Positions 18,517 to 30,100 of a stretch of 51,848 bases of DNA are shown here, piece by piece. Each line of letters opens with the position of its first letter. The first letter of the stretch is position 1. Origin of the DNA: Anaeroplasmataceae bacterium (GTDB lineage Bacteria > Bacillota_I > Bacilli_A > Acholeplasmatales > Anaeroplasmataceae); the NCBI GenBank assembly GCA_045599405.1, contig JAZRVY010000097.1:1-51848 (forward strand), written 5' to 3'. Made by a program: the position numbers and the translations under genes. The notes under the pieces were generated by a model, which ran no database searches, had not been told where the DNA came from, and worked only from the letters and a program-made list of their open reading frames with translations.

Positions 18517-21072
18517 TTAAAGTGCTGAAGATACCTTTGAAAGAATTGTTCCTGCAAATGATTCAATAGGCGCCTCCTCATTATATGAATGATATAATGC
18601 GACAACATAAATATCAACTAATAATAAAGCTCTATTTGCTTTATTTTCAGGAAGATTTGAAAGGAATACTTTAACAAATTCAACCTCTAATACATTATCT
18701 GAAAGTAGCTTCATGTTTGTCTCATTATACATCACATTATTGGCAGCGCTATTAAATTCAACTTCAGCATTTAAATATATTTGCCATAAATATACAACAT
18801 GTGTGTCTACTTCAATATTAACCTTATTGTATTCAGCTATTACTGCTGCACTAGCTTGCTCATTAGTATCACATCTTGATACAATAGAATCCTTTAATGC
18901 CTCAATTACATCAGCAAAACCAGTAACAAGTGATGCAGCTAGCTCATCAATATCAGTAACATATTTTGCTATGATTTCATCAATTTCATTGACTGATGTT
19001 GCATCATCAATAGCAGCAGCTACAGCCTCTGTTAGATTATAAATTCCTTCATCAATTATATCCCAGTCTTCATTATCTACTTCATCATTTGCATTATATG
19101 CATAAACTGCATACTTATCAATTAAATCTATTTTTTCAAGCTTAATGTTAGATAATGCTGTGAAATCATCCTCTACTGCGTCAATTAATAAGCATGCCTC
19201 ATCATAAGCATCCTTAACAGCATCCTTTGAAGTAGCTGCGTTAATTAATGCCTTTGCATCAGCAAGAGCAAAATTATATTCTGCCTCATTAACTGTATAG
19301 TTAAATGGATCTGCCACCTTATAGGTTTTTATTAAAGTAATATATTTAGCAATCTCCTCTTCAAGCTCAGATGCCTTTGTTGGAATAGAATCTATTTGAA
19401 CCTTTAATTGCTCTAATAAAATATCTACATCAGCAGGACTAGTTTGTCTATTGATTTCTGCTGTTCCATTTTCAATAATTGAGGCAATACCAACTTGATT
19501 ATCAGTTGAATAATCAGCTAAATTTACATAGCTATTTAATTCACTAATTGCAAGAGCCTTACTATCATTTAAAATCTTATCTTGATTTGTAAACTCATCT
19601 AAGAATGTTTCTAATGCATCAGCAATAATTGTATCAATATCAGTCATAGCTGTTGCAGCTTGTAATAAGTCATTTGAGCTATTATACTTAGCCTCAATAT
19701 TTGGCTTAACAGTCTTATAAACTGCTTCACTATTCATATAATATTCCTTAGCTGCTGTTAATGCTTCAAGTGACTTTGATTTATATTGTTCTAGATTAAC
19801 AAGATTTGTACATGCAGCTAAATTATCAAGCTTAAGTGCATTGTCATAAGCCTTAAATTCAACGTGTGTAAAATATGAAGAAGCTAGTGCCTTTTTAGTC
19901 ACTAAATCATTATCATAATAAACACTAATTTCCTTATCAACATGATCAATATAAAGGTAAATGCTTAGTGTCTCATTTACTGCAATATTTTCAAATACCT
20001 CAGTTCCAACCTTTAGCTTTCCATTTGGTGTAACACTAATAGAAAGTACTAAGGAATTATCATTCATTAGATTAATATAATCATAGCTACTTTCTGATAG
20101 CGGATCCTCTTCTATCTCTCTTGTTAATGTAAATGTTATATACATTAATCCTGTATTATATCCATATCCAATATTTGCATAAGCCTTATTGTTGATAATT
20201 AATTGACCATTTACATTAGTTTCCTCTGATGAATAAACACCTTTTTTAATTACAGTTTGCTTAGCGATAGTACCACTGTTGAAATTTTCATCAAGAATAA
20301 CATTAGCCTGATGTCTTATACTTTCATATAAATCTAGCTTTATCCATTTTGCATATAAAACTGTATTAGCTTCAATAGTATCATTCAAATTAGCCTTATG
20401 TACAAAATTCATTTCATAATACCATCCATCAAATGCATAATTATCCTTCTTCATGTCATTTGGAAGATTAGATAGCTTATTACCCTTATACGAATCTATA
20501 GTCGTACCATTATTAGTAACAAATGAGATATTATATATATCAGTCCATTTAGCAATAAGCTTAACATCTGATGTTATCTCATCATTTAATTGTGCCTGTG
20601 TTCCATTTTCATAGAACCAACCTTCAAATATAGCATCAGCATATGTAAGCTCTGGTAGTATTTCAATCTTTGTTGCACCAACAATAGCCTCTGGTGCTGT
20701 ACCATATTTTGTTTCATATGTAATTGTAAGCTTTTGTGTCCACTTAGCTGTTAATGTTGTATTAGCGGTAATCTTATCTCCAATATTGGCCTTTGTATTA
20801 TTTTGATAATACCATCCATCAAAATAATATCCATCATCAGTAATCTCTGGTAGGCTAGTAATTGATGTTACACCTGTAACTTGTATAGGCGCGATACCTT
20901 TGTCTGTAACGTAAGTTACTGAATATGTAGTAACAACCACAGGTGGTCCTGGTGGTGGAGGCGTTGGTGTTGGCTTTATAGTATTTTTCTTTCCACAAGA
21001 TGCTCCAGCAACTAAAATAGTTCCAGCAACCGCTAAAGACACAAATATACTTCCTAGTTTTTTCTTATTCAT
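18517..21072 (-). CDS. surface lipoprotein with three Listeria-Bacteroides (Flg_new/InlB B-repeat type) repeats, a probable lectin-like jelly-roll domain and helical repeats
   Basis: Lipoprotein signal MNKKKLGSIFVSLAVAGTILVAGAS-C, then a PTPTPPPPGPP linker. Three ~65-aa units end in FDGWYY...L.AKW. The middle region (LIINNKAYANIGYGY...VEFKAYDNALKLDNLA) looks like a beta-sandwich. The C-terminal ~400 aa is helical repeat. Confidence 0.8.
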   Translation of the reverse strand: MNKKKLGSIFVSLAVAGTILVAGASCGKKNTIKPTPTPPPPGPPVVVTTYSVTYVTDKGIAPIQVTGVTSITSLPEITDDGYYFDGWYYQNNTKANIGDKITANTTLTAKWTQKLTITYETKYGTAPEAIVGATKIEILPELTYADAIFEGWFYENGTQAQLNDEITSDVKLIAKWTDIYNISFVTNNGTTIDSYKGNKLSNLPNDMKKDNYAFDGWYYEMNFVHKANLNDTIEANTVLYAKWIKLDLYESIRHQANVILDENFNSGTIAKQTVIKKGVYSSEETNVNGQLIINNKAYANIGYGYNTGLMYITFTLTREIEEDPLSESSYDYINLMNDNSLVLSISVTPNGKLKVGTEVFENIAVNETLSIYLYIDHVDKEISVYYDNDLVTKKALASSYFTHVEFKAYDNALKLDNLAACTNLVNLEQYKSKSLEALTAAKEYYMNSEAVYKTVKPNIEAKYNSSNDLLQAATAMTDIDTIIADALETFLDEFTNQDKILNDSKALAISELNSYVNLADYSTDNQVGIASIIENGTAEINRQTSPADVDILLEQLKVQIDSIPTKASELEEEIAKYITLIKTYKVADPFNYTVNEAEYNFALADAKALINAATSKDAVKDAYDEACLLIDAVEDDFTALSNIKLEKIDLIDKYAVYAYNANDEVDNEDWDIIDEGIYNLTEAVAAAIDDATSVNEIDEIIAKYVTDIDELAASLVTGFADVIEALKDSIVSRCDTNEQASAAVIAEYNKVNIEVDTHVVYLWQIYLNAEVEFNSAANNVMYNETNMKLLSDNVLEVEFVKVFLSNLPENKANRALLLVDIYVVALYHSYNEEAPIESFAGTILSKVSSAL

Positions 21073-21100
21073 AAGATATCACTCCTTTAATTGCTAATAG

Positions 21101-21126
21101 AGGAGTATACCAAAAGGTATACCCCT
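21101..21126 (-). other. intercistronic stem-loop between the giant gene and the lipoprotein gene
   Basis: Minus-strand AGGGGTATACC-tttt-GGTATACTCCT forms 11 bp including one G-U pair. It is not followed by a T-run, so it is not a canonical terminator. Confidence 0.45.
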
Positions 21127-21132
21127 ATATTA

Positions 21133-24100
21133 TTATTCTTTTTCTGTAAGAGTTACTAAGAACTCATCAGATGTTGATAATCCCCAATTTGATTCATTCA
21201 CTTCTGCTGAAGGAATAATCTCAATATCTAAGGCTATCTTTTGCATTACGATTGATGGTGGTGGTAAGTATGCACCAGCTTCAACCGCTGTGTTATTATT
21301 TGTATTTTCTTTTCCTTGACTCGTAATAGAGAATGTTCCTGTGTATGCTCCTGGTAAGCTTACTTGGAAGTAACAATATCCACGAGGTAATGCAGGTATA
21401 GAATACTCAAACTTAAACTTCTTTACAGATCCTTCTGTAGTATCATAAATTAAGTTACATGCAATTGTCTTAGTAGTCATTTCATTTGTTTGATCATCGT
21501 AAACATTTACGATAATATTCATATAAATTGATGTTAAATCAACTGCAATTGGAGTACTAACCTCCATCTCAAAGAAGATAGTATTTGTTAAGTCAATTAA
21601 CGCAACATGATAGCACTTGAAGTGTACGCTATCCTCATTATTTAATGCATCCTCTGATAATACAATGTAAGATACATACCAGAAATGATCATCTACTGGA
21701 GTACCAAAATAATCCATGTATAGAGATCTATTTTCAGTTGGGTTACCTGCATAATCAGCAAGATTATATAATGTGTCATTATATGTCACTGACTTATCCT
21801 CATTTACGCTATCTGCAACTAAAGTTGTAGCAGCATTTGTTCCATCATAATCTGTTGTATATACCTTACCCCAAGCAGAGTCAGTATATTCAACAAGAAG
21901 GATAATTTCAGAGCTTCCGCTTACGAATGGAACATATAGTAATACACCATCATGAGTAGATAAAATTTGCTCATCTGACTTAGTTGTTGTCTTACCCTTA
22001 CCATATTCCCTTAGCTTTGTTAAAGTTGTATATTGGTAAATTTCAGAATAGCTATTAATCTTGAATGTTGGAGCATAATTAGATAGGTTAGCATTAGATA
22101 CTGTACCTACGATAAAGTAATCATGAATATAAGATTCAGGATTTGTTCCTTCATATCCATTATAATTAATCTTCTTGCTATCAACATGAATCTTGTTATT
22201 AATATCACTTTCAGTTAAGAAGCTATATAATACTTCATTACCTTCTTTTTCTTCTCCAGGTCTAACTGGTGAAGTTGGATACATAACTGTTGCAAGTGTT
22301 GAAAGCTTAACTGCAGAATCAAGGAATGTAATCTTTCCAAGTAACGCATCAGTAGAATATTGCTTTGTAATAGATACTTCAGGGAATACATACTCTCTAG
22401 TATATTCTCCATCTGTCCATGTAGCTGTATTCTTATAAATATAATTGAATACATATGTTCCTGCAGATGCAGAATCAGATACTACTGCTGTGAATCCTGA
22501 TTGAGCTAATGCTGTAACAATAGCTAAATCCTCTGGTGCAGTAATTCCGTATTCAACGTTTTCACCATCAGTATAGAATCCTGATAATGAATACTTCATT
22601 TGATATTGTGGCTCTACTCCTCTTTCAAATGAATCAGCAAACTTGTTTTGATCCATATCAGAGCTCCATGTCTTAGTAGCAGCCTTATTACCATCCTTAT
22701 ACATATCAGCATAAGTAATGTTTTCTCCACCATATGCTTCTTTTTCTCTTAGCATATGTGTATATGTATTAGTTGTTCCATCCTCTGCTGTTACAACAAT
22801 TGATACAGTATAAGTCATTAAAGATGTTGAGCTAGATAATGCCTTAGTAGCTGAAATTGTAAATGTAGCACAGTCAGAAACTGTTAATACGTTTAGATAG
22901 AAATTAGTACTTGAAGAGTCTGTTAAATCATCATAATCAAACATCTCTCCGAACTTAATTTCAGTTGTAGCTTGATAGCTTGTCCATGTAAGTGGCTTAC
23001 CCTCAAACTCAGACTCAACGATATAAGCTTGGTTAGAAGCTTCCTTAGTAAATTCTACCTTCTTTACAACTCCATAGATATCAACAACAATGTTGTAATC
23101 TCCAGCTGGAAGTGTAGAGAAAATAGTAAATCCTAGGCTAGCAATACCATTTTCATCAACAACACAATCAGTTGTTAATTCATAATCATCAAATACATCT
23201 GTTCCAGCCTTATTTTCAATATAAATATAAGGTGTAACATCAAAGTTTTCTGGTAGCTTTTCTGTATCAACAGAACCTGCTGCAGGCGATGATAATGTTA
23301 GATTAATTGTTCCATTTGTATATGGGATAGAAATTGAAGTTGCATGGCTTGATTCATATAAATCAAAGCTAATATCAATTTCTTCAATAATTAATACATA
23401 GTTTGCAATTACTGTTACATCCTCTGCAAGTACCTTAATAATGTTTGGATTTTCACCAACTGATAAATCAAATGCAGTTGTTAAATCAGTGGAATTATTC
23501 ACATATAATGTAGCATTATTAGCAATAATTGAATTATAAATCTTAACTCCATCAAGATACTCAAATCCCTTAGGAACATAATATGTAATTGTCTTGTTAT
23601 CTAGATCAATATTACTTTCTGATGAGTAAATAATTGAACCATCTGTTGCAATTAAATCTAGAGCGAATACTGTAGTAGAAATTGACTTCTTTAATTGCTT
23701 CATATCTACTAAGAATCCATAGTTAACAGAGCTTGTATCAGATACATCATTCTTTTGAGCATCTGTTGTTTCTCCCTTACCACCACGCCACGATGATGAT
23801 ACAGCAGAAATTAGCTCTGGACCATTAGATGTAATCTTATAATCAACATCCATTGAAGATAATGTTAGGTTGTCTGGTAAGAATGTACCATTCTTGATAC
23901 CTTGGCTTGATGCAAGAGCATAAATACCATATCCAGATGCAGATGTATTGATTTCTAGGTATGCCATTAAAGCATCAAACTTATTGAAATCAAATGTACC
24001 TGAATTAGAAATATATCTATACTTAGAATCAAATGATGTATTTAAAATATTAGCAAACTTAGTTTGAGAAACATTTACTGAAGTATTTAATAATGACTCA

Positions 24101-27100
24101 CTATAAATGTTTGCGTAATCTGTAGCTAAGTATGCTGATAATAATAATGCCTTGAACTTATCAGTTAGCTTAGCTGCACTATTATTCTTTAGATAAGTAA
24201 TTATTGATGAGAAGAACATTACATTTTCATCAATTAGCTCATCTGATAAAATCGTTTGAATCATTTGTGGATCTGTGAATTCATCAAACACGATATTCAT
24301 TGTCTTATTTGAATATCCTGCAAGCTTTAATAATAATGTATTGTCAGCCTTCATTGCATTTTGAAGAGCTGTTACATCAGATGTATTTCCTGTAAGTGGT
24401 ATGAAGTATACTAATAAATCTCTTAAGAAATTATTTGTATTCATCTTGCTAATGCAAGCTTGTGCATACTTACCAGTTACACCATTAATTCCATAGAAAT
24501 CAATCTTTTCAGAATCAATATTAGCAAATGGATTATAATTGTTATCTAATCTATCCTTTGCCTCAGCAAGGGTACTTCCATCATTGAAATAATGAAGTGT
24601 AATTTCCTTAGTATTAGTTACAATTTCATTATATGAATATCCATATGTAACCTTATATCTAACAGCAGTAACAGATACGTCTGTAGTTTGATCTCCTTGA
24701 TACCATGCATTATTGCTACTTAGTATATACATTGGTTTACCATAGTATGAACTAACATCTACATATCCAGATTGAACTGTGCTTCTTCTTGACATAGATT
24801 GATTTTCAAGTAATTTAGTACCCCAAGTCACTTCAGCAACAAGAGAATAATAATATGTACTAGTCTTGTAGTTATAAACTGACACACTTATTTCAGCACC
24901 AGAAATAGTTACTCCACTATGACCATTATTGGCTTCAATATCAGCAGCAAATTCTGCTAATGTTGGAACAGTAAATGAAGTTGTTGTTCTTTGATTATAT
25001 GTATTCTTTGTATATTGTAAAGTATCCGTTCCAGCATGTGGAATAATAGTTTCTGTTGTTTCAACAGCGTATGAGTAAATATCATTAATAGTTAAATTAG
25101 CTGAACCTGAAATAGTAAGCGTAGTAACATTACTTAATGTATATTCATATGATGTTCTTGCGGCAGCTGTAGTTGTACTAGTTACTCTATTTGTTAGACC
25201 TCTAGAGATTGTACCACCTGCATTATATGCAAATGTCATTGTACCAGTGGCATTATTAGATGATGCTGTTACAATAGTAAGCTTAGTTTCCTTACCTGTT
25301 AGCTTTAATGTAATCGATCCATTTGTATCAAATGAAATCGCATATTGATTTGGTGCAGTGAACTTAGTATTTGTAACAATATTAACTCCTGTTGCAGCAG
25401 TTATATTATTAAATAGATTACTAAATGTTGCATCAAAATCTGATTTATTAAATTGCCCATTTGCATCTAGATATGCAGATGGATTTGCAAGTATTTTGTT
25501 TATTGCTGTTCCATAGCCAAAATACTCTTCATATTCTGCTTGAGTCAACTTACTACCATTAATAATGATTTGGTTAACCTCTTGGAATACTGTCTTATTT
25601 GAAGAATATGCTTGAATAAGCTTATTCTTATCATTTGTAATATAAGTGCTCATTAAATATTCATATAATGTAACAACGTTTCCACCTCTATTACATTGTA
25701 AATACTTAATTGCATCTGTGTTATTAACCTTAGTTGTTGTATTGATATTAGTTAGAATAAAGCTATCAATAAATGCTTCATTTACTTGATTATTCTTTGT
25801 TCCTAGCTTCTCTAGTAAGCAGGCAATAACAACACTACGGAATTTATTTACATTAGCAGACTTACAGAAATATTCATTGAATAATCTATTGATAAGTCTT
25901 CTTTCGTCTAATGATTGAACGATATTTCCTGATGATTCATAATAATCACCAATAATACCATCAATAGTTAGCATATCATCAGCATAGTAATCAATATAAG
26001 ATGTAGTATAGACTCTAGTTCCTGATGTCTTGTTAGTCCACCACCAGTTTCCATCCTTATTCTTATATAATCCTGTGTAGCTTGTGCTATGTAGCTTTGT
26101 AGTAGCATATGCATGGTATAAAGTCTTTCCATAATTCCAAATTAAATCTGCCCATCCATGATATGTACAGTTAGTACCATTAGCACCAATGATTAGATTT
26201 GAAGCATCATGCTCTTTAGAGTTATGGTTAGAAGTATGATTTCTAGACGATGTACTATCTCCTACAATTGTAGAGAAATAGTGAATAACTCCGTTAGCAT
26301 CTGTTATATAGAAATATCCATAATAGTTAGAATCAGAATAATTTGTTCTATTAATTGTATATTTTGCTTGAGATGTAACGATGTTTGTAGAATTTTGACG
26401 ACAGTATGGAGAGATAACTCCTCCACGAGCATTAAACTCAACTCCTGCATCATCAACAAGCCATACATCCTTTAAGCTTGTCATCTGACATCCTGTAAAG
26501 TCGGTGATAATATATCCATACTTCTTACCGAAATTCTTACTTGAATCTGTATCTCCTCCACGGAAATATGGAGCCGAACCATTATAGTTTCCTAAAATCT
26601 TTACAGATGTAAATTGGTTATTTGAAGCTCCTGATCCATACTCATAGTAATATGGTGTATAGTCAGTTACATAACCATCAGCCACATACCTATCCATGAA
26701 GTCCTTATCATCAGATACGAATACTGACTTATATCCTCCTTGGTTACCATCTAAGGAAGGCGCTACAGTTGGAGTCGTACCAGCACTTCTCTTATTTCCA
26801 TTTGCATCTGTATATGGTCCGTAGTAATAAGTTTTATCAGTTACAGTAGTTGCATATGTATAAGCAACGTCTCCTGTATACTTACCATCAGTAATAGGCT
26901 CATAATCTGAACGATATGTATTACGAGTATCAATTGCAACATCATAGAATAATCTACCTGTTCCAAGTAATTCCTTTACATACTTTTGGAATGTATCAGT
27001 TGTTCTTAAATCATTATATAGGTTAACACGAGCTGTTGTTGTAGCATTGTCTGTTGAGTCACTAATTGTTGTTGAATTAGTCTTTACTTGATCAACATAG

Positions 27101-30100
27101 CTAGACATATTAGTCATGTTATATCCTTGCTCTGTAAACTCTGGGTAAATTCCTAGCTCATTATCCATTACAGAAACATATGCTTCCATGTTATCTCTAG
27201 ATGTAGATAATATATTCTTATATAGAATAAACTTTCCATCAGCATCAAGATTTGTGTATGATGCATATAGCTTTAATGATACATCATCTGCATTTTCGAT
27301 AGCTTGTCTAGCTTCAGCTGATAACGCATAGCTTAACGATGTATAGAATAAATCATCATCAATGCTTCCAAAGAAATCAACTGCTAGGTTGTATCTTTGA
27401 GCCTTATCTGCATAATTGAAGAACTTAGCTCCATTTGAAATTAAATAATCATTATAGCTACTTACAAGTGAATAAACTGTAGCATCATTAACTTGTGATA
27501 TATAGCTATTTAAAGCTGATTTTACATAAGTTTTAATTTCATTATCAGTTGTTGATGTAAGTACGTCAGCAAGTACCTCACAGTATCCATCTGCTGTAGA
27601 GAAATTAAGTAGCTCAGATCCTGTAATGATTGTAGCGTCAGTATTTAAAATATATTGAGCAATTGCTTGACGTAATTGAGTTGTGATATATACATTTTCA
27701 GCACAGTCATCAGAGAAAATGTACTTAATTGTAGCCTTTAATGTATTAACATCTGATACTGTCTTAAATAATTCAGCAATAAGGGCATCAGCATTATCAG
27801 ATGATAGATTACTTACCCATGCTCCTGTATTTAATGCAGTAGTTACATTAGCACTATATTGGCTAGAATTTAATGTATTATACTTATTAACAAAGATATT
27901 TACATATTCAAGGTTTTGAGCAAAGTCATTTGCTGCTGTTGAATATGCAATTGCACGCCATCCAATCTTATCTAGTAATACATCATTAATCTTTGTGTAT
28001 CCTACGAATTGGAAGTAGTCAGCAAGGAATGAGTCTGTTGCGTAGCTAGCATCTAATCCCTCACCATTAATTGCCTTATAGAATGCGAAATTCTCATTGA
28101 ATACTCCCCAGTAATCAGTCTTATTGTCCTTGCTACTAATTACTTGCTTCTTACCTGTTGTAAGAGGTGAGTATACCATGTTTGTATTTAAATATTTATC
28201 TACCTTATTATATCCATTTTCATATAGTAAATAAGCTGAGTACATCTTAGTTGTATCTACTACTGTTGAGTCTGGTGTTGAAGATTCAGCACCTACGAAT
28301 GGGATATAATCAAGGAAGTTAATTAAATATCTAATCTTAACGTATTGTGCATTGCTAGATCCGTTGAAGTTAACTAACGCGAAGATAGATCCTGTGAATG
28401 TTGTATTTCCATACTCTAGTTCAATCTTAGCCTTAGTAAATGTTCCAAATGTTCCACTTGCAAAGCTTACAATATTTGTATAACGAGGTCTAACTGATGT
28501 AGAATCCTTGAAGTTATTTTCTCCCTTCTCAATTTGCCATACGTTACCGTAGTTAATTGAGTTAGCTAATGATACTGAAGTTGCATTAGATGTAACCTCA
28601 TTCTTAAAGTCCTTAAAGTATACAACTCCGAAAATTCCTGAACCAGTTTCGTTACCATAGATATTTCCATAGTTTGTTGTATTCATGATATTACATAATC
28701 CCACTCCTAGTATACCAGCTGAAATTGAAGTTGGATCGTAGTCAGATGATGTAATGTTATCAATATTGTTATAAGCAATAACATCTCCATAGTTAATAGA
28801 GTATGAAATTAATTGCTTTGAATGTCCGTTATTTGTTGTGTAATCTGCATTAGCCTCTGTCTTGTTATTCTTTGCAGAAATACCTGCAGCTACTACTAGT
28901 CCCTTTTCGTTAGTTCCTGTAGCTCCTGACATATTCGCAGCTAATATAGATCCATTATTTGCACAGTTTAAAATATATGCATATTTACCAACATTTAAAA
29001 CACTTATACCAGCGGCATTAACCTCCATCTTAGTAGTTGTGCTCTTAATGTAGTTAGCTCCAAAGACATTTCCAAGATTGAATGTGTTAGTTATTACCGA
29101 TTTATTTAAATAAGTAATACCAGATACATTTACATTCTTTTCAAAATATCTAGTTGGTGCGTTTTGCATTGTATATCTATTACCGATTGTTTGTCCACCA
29201 TTTGATGATGTTACAGTTGTATTTCCATAAGAAATAGATCCAAATGCAGTTGAGTTAGTAATCTTAATTTGACCATTATTAATAGCCTTATCAAGTACTC
29301 CTACCTTCTTATTGTTATATGAAGATGAGCTTGGATTATATTGATCTAATTCAACATCAGTTAATCCATTTTCAACCTTATAGCAAATTCCGTTAAAGAA
29401 TAAATCACAAGATGCAGCCTTATCACAATCAAAGATAATATCTCCATTGTTGTATAATCCTGAAGCCTTAAATCCTGCTGAAATTTCTTGACAAATTCCA
29501 CTTACAACGATTCCATCAGCACACGTATTAAACTTATTGCTAATATCAAATGTGATACCTCCTTCATTGTAGATTCCTTCAAGATTGTAGTATTGTCCAA
29601 CAATAACTCCTGCAAGCTTATATGCTACATCTAATTGATTAATTTCAGCATTATTAGAAATATATTTAACATCTCTAAAGTTATATACTGATTTTGCATT
29701 AACTGAATGAGAATTATTTGTACCAACATTATTAATTACACCTGCATACTTATGTACATAATGTAAATTTAATGTTTGTGGAGTATTCATAAATACCTTA
29801 GATCCACTTGCTGAATACTTATATCCAAGGTTATAAATTCCTGATAATTCAGATTGGAATCCATTCTTAGAAATGATATTCATAACTCCTGCATATTCTG
29901 CTCTCTTGTTATATGTTGTAATGCTTAATGTTCCTGAGCTTGATACTCCTGAAGCATAGAACATAAACTTAGATAGCTTCTTTAATTGTGAAGCTGGAGT
30001 TTGAGTTTGTGTTGTTTGAACGTCAGCATTAATAGCTCCCGAAACATATGTATAACCATCTGCAATATTATAAATAGTAATATCTCCTTGGTTATGAATA

